From an uncultured virus (IMG/VR IMGVR_UViG_3300005239_000190) (taxonomy: Duplodnaviria > Heunggongvirae > Uroviricota > Caudoviricetes), in IMG/VR virus record IMGVR_UViG_3300005239_000190: a stretch of 28,700 nt of DNA. One strand, given 5' to 3'. This document shows positions 24,293 through 28,700 of this stretch, piece after piece (the stretch's first letter is position 1; each line of letters starts with the position of its first letter). The position numbers and the translations under genes are program-made. The notes below the pieces were generated by a model. That model did not search any database. It had not been told where the DNA came from and saw only the letters and a program-made list of their open reading frames with translations.

Positions 24293-24649
24293 TTAATATG
24301 TCCAAATAACGTTAGTTGATTTATCAGGATCAACATCAACGTGAATAAAAGTATCCGCGATGCCAATCCTGTTTATGCCTAGGTCTAGTAATATATTGAT
24401 AAGTTCAAACCTGTCACCTGACTTAGTGCAGGCAATATCTGCTGCAAAGCCTTTTAAATGCGAAGACGATTCCACTCCCCCAATATTTTGGTTATGTTGT
24501 GGTGTACGGAAGCCAGAATTAATATTGATAGGTTTATCAAAGCGATCCCTCGCTTGATCCAGTATTTCTAAAAAATCTTTATCCATCATCTGTCCAGATC
24601 CCTGCACATCAGGGCTATCGAATTCTGAATAATTAAAATACTTCATCAT
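24293..24649 (-). CDS. Endolysin, peptidase M15 family
   Basis: INSGFR...HN..IGG..SSSHLKG.AADI and FIHVD (Zn ligands H-x6-D, H). Confidence 0.9.
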   Translation of the reverse strand: MMKYFNYSEFDSPDVQGSGQMMDKDFLEILDQARDRFDKPININSGFRTPQHNQNIGGVESSSHLKGFAADIACTKSGDRFELINILLDLGINRIGIADTFIHVDVDPDKSTNVIWTY

Positions 24650-24804
24650 TACTTTTTCTTTTTAATGTCTTTCCATTTTGCTATAGTATATCCTATAGTC
24701 ACTACTAACAGCGCAATTTTTAAACCATCTTCTATTTGAGTAAAAGTGGTCAAACCTAATGTACCACCATTTATTGCGTAAAGTTTTATTTCTTCTAGGC
24801 TCAT
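24649..24804 (-). CDS. Putative holin/small membrane protein (51 aa)
   Basis: Manual translation MSLEEIKLYAINGGTLGLTTFTQIEDGLKIALLVVTIGYTIAKWKDIKKKK; coupled directly upstream of the endolysin. Confidence 0.65.
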   Translation of the reverse strand: MSLEEIKLYAINGGTLGLTTFTQIEDGLKIALLVVTIGYTIAKWKDIKKKK

Positions 24805-25079
24805 TTCTTTTTTCTTTTTACAGATTTAACACGACGAGGCTTGCCTTTTGGTTGGCCTAGTCTTTTCTTTTCACGTATTTTTGCAGCTTTTTCTTTTGAC
24901 GACATTTCGCTTGCTGTTTTTGGCGTTGCTGATGATATGCGTTTTTTTGGGCGACAATATGGTGTACCACGTTTTTCGCCCTCGCGCCTCCCACAAGGCT
25001 TACCTGTTTTCACATCAATCCATTCTTCTTTAAACCAACGCTTAAGGCTTGCTCCTTTTTTTGTTTTACGAACAGCCAT
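24801..25079 (-). CDS. Small basic conserved viral protein (LKRWFKEEW.D...PCGR...YCRP)
   Basis: ORF track; coupled on both sides. Confidence 0.75.
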   Translation of the reverse strand: MAVRKTKKGASLKRWFKEEWIDVKTGKPCGRREGEKRGTPYCRPKKRISSATPKTASEMSSKEKAAKIREKKRLGQPKGKPRRVKSVKRKKK

Positions 25080-25231
25080 TACTTTTTACTTTTATTACCC
25101 CAGTTAGCTGCCCCAGCTTTGCGGCATTTAGCTATTGCCCCACTTGCGTATGCAGAGGGAAATACCCTGTATTTTGCTTTTACTTTTCTGTAACAAGCGT
25201 CTTTTTTTTGAAATGGTGAGTTTGATTCCAT
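25079..25231 (-). CDS. Small basic conserved viral protein (KDACYRKVKAKYRVFPSAYASGAIAKCRK)
   Basis: Manual translation, 50 aa; fills the gap exactly. Confidence 0.75.
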   Translation of the reverse strand: MESNSPFQKKDACYRKVKAKYRVFPSAYASGAIAKCRKAGAANWGNKSKK

Positions 25232-25232
25232 A

Positions 25233-28200
25233 TTAATCTTTTTTAATGTTATACTTTTTACCCATAGCCTCGTAAAAACTTTTTAATTCTTTATTTGGTG
25301 TTCGAAAAAACACTGATTTGTCTTCAGGCCCGAGGCTGTCAATTACTTGTTGTTTAAACTTTTCTTCCTTTTCTCTGTTTATTCTTCTAGTTTCTTTAGC
25401 CTTTATTTTTCCTTGTTCTTTCCTAGCGTCCTTTGCTTCTGTTTTAATTAAATCAAACTCTTCGTTTTTAACATTAACATCCCAAGTTCTCCAGCCTAAG
25501 CCCAGTGCCATTCTTTGATATGCGGTGTTTCTTTTATCAAAAGCTTCTGCAATGGCTTGTGACTCCATAATTGCTCTGTCAAGCGGCACGTTTAATGTAG
25601 CCGATGCAACATTTCCAATAATACTATATGTTGGTGATAAATTAAATTTACCGTCTATAGTGACATCCCAAGGATGTTTAGCTATAACATCTTTATCAAA
25701 TTTATTTGTTTGTATACCACTGTAGATTTTTCTAAGTTTAGAACCTATTGGAGGGGCTATGTTTGCTGCCTCTATAATAGTGTACGTATGATCCGCTTTG
25801 TACCCTTTTTTATCTTGCTCTAAGAACTTTAGTATAGTATTTTTTATAGTAGACACTACAGCTCCATATATGCCAGTACCACGCAATATTGTATCGGTCA
25901 TACCGTTTAACATACGTGTAAGCTTCTTATCCTGCGCAGCTTCTTTTTCTTCATCTGTCTCGTCGTCATCATCGAACCCAGGAATTAAAGAAAACACTGC
26001 GTTTTGTAACGCTGAAAATATTATATTTTGCACAGCACCATAATAAGCAATCTTAGATATGTTTGACTTAGCATCTCCACGGCCGTTTATAAGATCCTGA
26101 GCGGCTTTTTTCATCAATCTAGTATATTGCATAGGCGTGTTTTGGAAAGACAATATAAGACGTCCTGCAACGCTTCGCTGTTGTTGAGATACCAACGCTG
26201 GATCACCCGACTGCTGCGACTCGTCTGATATTTTACTAAAGTCTAAAAAGGCTTTTGCTTCAGCATCTTTTTGAGACATACCTTCTTTTAAATAAGTATT
26301 AACTCTGTTTCTATAAAATGTAGCGCCACCGGCTGCAATTGCAAAGCTATCCGCAATTTGCGTAGGTGTAAAACCTATTTTTAATAAATAAGAAACAGCG
26401 GCGCTTGCTTTATCTTTTGCATTTTTAGCAGCGTTAGCGATTTCTTGCTCTTGTACATCAGATTTCAAACCTCCTCTACGTTGCTTTAATTTGTCGGAAT
26501 TAAATAGCATAGCAAAGTCTGTCCAGTATTGCTTTTGATTAGCAAATGCTAAACCTGCTTTTAATGGGTTGTTATCGCTCCAATTAATAAAGTTAATTGA
26601 AGATATGGTTTGTAGCAATGCTGATCTTCTGTTAAAGAACATTATAGTACCAACAGAATTGTTAACCCAGTTGTTCCATGCGTTGGTAATTTTGTTAGCT
26701 CCTGAAGTACGGTTTGTACCATTTTTCATTGCAAACAAAGAATCTTCAATAGCTTCTCTTAGGTTTGTACCGTATACAGCTTCTATTTTATTTAAATTCT
26801 TTTCGCTAAATATGGTTTCAGCATTTTCAATAAACTCTGCTAAATATTCTTTTCTGTTTACTTTTTCCGTTAAACTTTGTAAATCACTAAGTAAAGTTTT
26901 AGCGTCCCAAAATTCGCCCGGCTCAGTCCATTTATCTTTCTTTGACACAGCTAATAATCCATCTGCATATGCCGAAAGGTCCGCGTCATTCCTTACAAGT
27001 TTTACCAGTCTATCTTGATCTCTTTTAGATATGCCAGGTATTTCGTAACCAGCCTTATTCCAAAGATAAACCCTTATGGCAGAATCATATGTATAATCCC
27101 CTTCCGGCACGAGCTTATTAATAATTCTCCTAACTGGTTTAAACATTTTATTTAAAGCCCTGGTATCATTCTTAATAGTTTGGCGAGCTCTTTCCATTGC
27201 GGCAACGCCTTGAAAATAAGGATCCATTAAATTTTGTTCAAAGAAGGCTTGATCAGCTTCGCCTTGCTTGCCCTTGCCAGCAAATACGTATTGGGTTAAT
27301 CCTCTAAAATCTTCCGCGCTTGGTGGAATAAAGAATTTAAATCTACCTTTTGTTTTACCTCGTCTTCTAGCAACAGCTGCAGAAAATTCTTTAAAATCTT
27401 CAACGCCTTTTTGGCGTTCAATCATTTTATTAAAGTCTACGTTTAAGCTAGAGCTATGCTTAATTCTAGCTTGCTGCACTTTACCTTTAACGTCAAAAAC
27501 ATTAAGCACATCTTTAACAGCTTTAACATTACCCATGTGATCATCTACAAAGTAAAAATCATTGAACCCATCCGCAACCTTACCAACCATCCAGGCGGCT
27601 TTTGCGGCAGGCGCACCGTTAGCAAGTCCAGTTATATTTTCAAGAGGTATTTCTAAACCTAAACCTTTTAAAAATTTATATATAGCCGGAGCTGAGTCAG
27701 CTGGTCTTGCTGTTAATACAAATATATTTTTATTACCAAATTTTTCTATAGCTTTTTTGAGCCTTGGCGCTAGTGGCCCGGGTGTTCCTTCAACAACCTT
27801 ACTAAACTCACTAAAATTAAACTCAGCGCCTTGATTTGCTAATGTTTCACCTTGCTTAGCAAACTCAGCGGGTGTTATTCTTCTAGTTGTTCCTGGTACA
27901 TCTTTTAAAACTTTTGCTTGCTGCTCTTCATTAAGATTATCAAACGTTTTTTGGAATCCTGGTACATTTTTAAGTGCTGTTTCGCCAAATAATCTTCTGG
28001 CGCTAATATCAAGCATAGCTTTTTCAGCGGGCATTGTAACTATAACCTGACTTTTGCTGAATGCTAGCGTGTCATCAAAATCATACACGCTAATACCCTT
28101 TGGCGTTATAGAATATTTGCCTTCACGAGCATTAGCCATTGCTTTATCTACTGTTCTTTTTTCTTCAGTTTCTTGCGTAGCGTCTGCTTTAACTACAGGG

Positions 28201-28700
28201 TTTTTACCTTTCTCGTTAAAGTATTGTTCATATGTTTCGCCTACTGTTTCTTTACCGTCATAACTAACCATCGCATAAGGCATACGTCCTCTAGTAAATA
28301 AGTTGTAATACCTATTATGCCAAGCTGTTTCACCTGGAACATAGTTAGATGTGGTTATAGAACTAAACCCAGCGTCATCTAATACACTGTCCATTTCCGC
28401 TGTTGGAATAATGGTTACTCTATAGTCGCTCCAAAGTGATTCAATGTTGACGTCTTTATTGTTGTTAACATGATAATCATACAGATAAGCCAATACCACC
28501 CGGGCAGGGATAGCATGCTCAAACCTATAAGGGGTTTCAAAAACAATTTTACCTTTTTTATCTCTAACTACCTTTCCGTTTCTTATTTTTTTAATACGGT
28601 CTAAATTTGCATAAGGCATTACCTTAGATTTACCCCACACTGGCGCAGAAGCTCTTAAAGCGTTATTTGAGCCGTCGTTAAAAGTGGCTATCATTAAAGC
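25233..28700 (-). CDS. Giant virion/ejection-type protein, C-terminal >1150 aa, containing a HAD-like domain; start lies outside the window
   Basis: Frame is open to the window edge; VYDFDDTL, VLTARP and FVDD HAD motifs; long helical C-terminal region; lies in the late module. Confidence 0.8.
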   Translation of the reverse strand, partial: ALMIATFNDGSNNALRASAPVWGKSKVMPYANLDRIKKIRNGKVVRDKKGKIVFETPYRFEHAIPARVVLAYLYDYHVNNNKDVNIESLWSDYRVTIIPTAEMDSVLDDAGFSSITTSNYVPGETAWHNRYYNLFTRGRMPYAMVSYDGKETVGETYEQYFNEKGKNPVVKADATQETEEKRTVDKAMANAREGKYSITPKGISVYDFDDTLAFSKSQVIVTMPAEKAMLDISARRLFGETALKNVPGFQKTFDNLNEEQQAKVLKDVPGTTRRITPAEFAKQGETLANQGAEFNFSEFSKVVEGTPGPLAPRLKKAIEKFGNKNIFVLTARPADSAPAIYKFLKGLGLEIPLENITGLANGAPAAKAAWMVGKVADGFNDFYFVDDHMGNVKAVKDVLNVFDVKGKVQQARIKHSSSLNVDFNKMIERQKGVEDFKEFSAAVARRRGKTKGRFKFFIPPSAEDFRGLTQYVFAGKGKQGEADQAFFEQNLMDPYFQGVAAMERARQTIKNDTRALNKMFKPVRRIINKLVPEGDYTYDSAIRVYLWNKAGYEIPGISKRDQDRLVKLVRNDADLSAYADGLLAVSKKDKWTEPGEFWDAKTLLSDLQSLTEKVNRKEYLAEFIENAETIFSEKNLNKIEAVYGTNLREAIEDSLFAMKNGTNRTSGANKITNAWNNWVNNSVGTIMFFNRRSALLQTISSINFINWSDNNPLKAGLAFANQKQYWTDFAMLFNSDKLKQRRGGLKSDVQEQEIANAAKNAKDKASAAVSYLLKIGFTPTQIADSFAIAAGGATFYRNRVNTYLKEGMSQKDAEAKAFLDFSKISDESQQSGDPALVSQQQRSVAGRLILSFQNTPMQYTRLMKKAAQDLINGRGDAKSNISKIAYYGAVQNIIFSALQNAVFSLIPGFDDDDETDEEKEAAQDKKLTRMLNGMTDTILRGTGIYGAVVSTIKNTILKFLEQDKKGYKADHTYTIIEAANIAPPIGSKLRKIYSGIQTNKFDKDVIAKHPWDVTIDGKFNLSPTYSIIGNVASATLNVPLDRAIMESQAIAEAFDKRNTAYQRMALGLGWRTWDVNVKNEEFDLIKTEAKDARKEQGKIKAKETRRINREKEEKFKQQVIDSLGPEDKSVFFRTPNKELKSFYEAMGKKYNIKKD

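Noticed and set aside
22499..28263. Alternative-frame and antisense ORFs within nrdA, the lysis genes and the giant protein
   Set aside because: Fully overlap well-supported genes and have no recognisable motifs

Overview
This AT-rich window is part of a tailed dsDNA bacteriophage genome. The host is probably Bacteroidota/Flavobacteriia (inferred from A-rich leaders with no Shine-Dalgarno motif and from gene content). Late/structural genes lie on the minus strand at both edges: a collagen-like fibre at the left; an M15 endolysin, a putative holin and a giant virion-type protein with a HAD domain at the right. Between them is a plus-strand early/middle arm (about 1.4-24.2 kb). It starts with many small early ORFs downstream of a conserved 31-bp motif (10 copies). 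These are followed by an HTH protein, sigma-70-like factor, ERF annealing protein, PD-(D/E)XK exonuclease, SSB, primase-helicase, ThyA, MazG-like proteins, a T7-endonuclease-I-like resolvase and class Ia NrdB/NrdA. Three 20-N gaps are each flanked by diverged duplicate blocks, so the scaffold probably joins related phage genotypes. The most notable signals are: (1) a 107-nt 'mini-tmRNA' (tRNA-like domain with G3:U70 but no mRNA-like domain) ending a ~400-nt cluster of structured non-coding elements; (2) the phage-specific early promoter/cassette motif; (3) three 48-49-bp dyad sites, one overlapping the start codon of the HTH gene; (4) a degenerate ~21-bp repeat array at the divergent junction; (5) GATC/CGATCG enrichment in the early region. 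All calls are by eye; no database searches were run.
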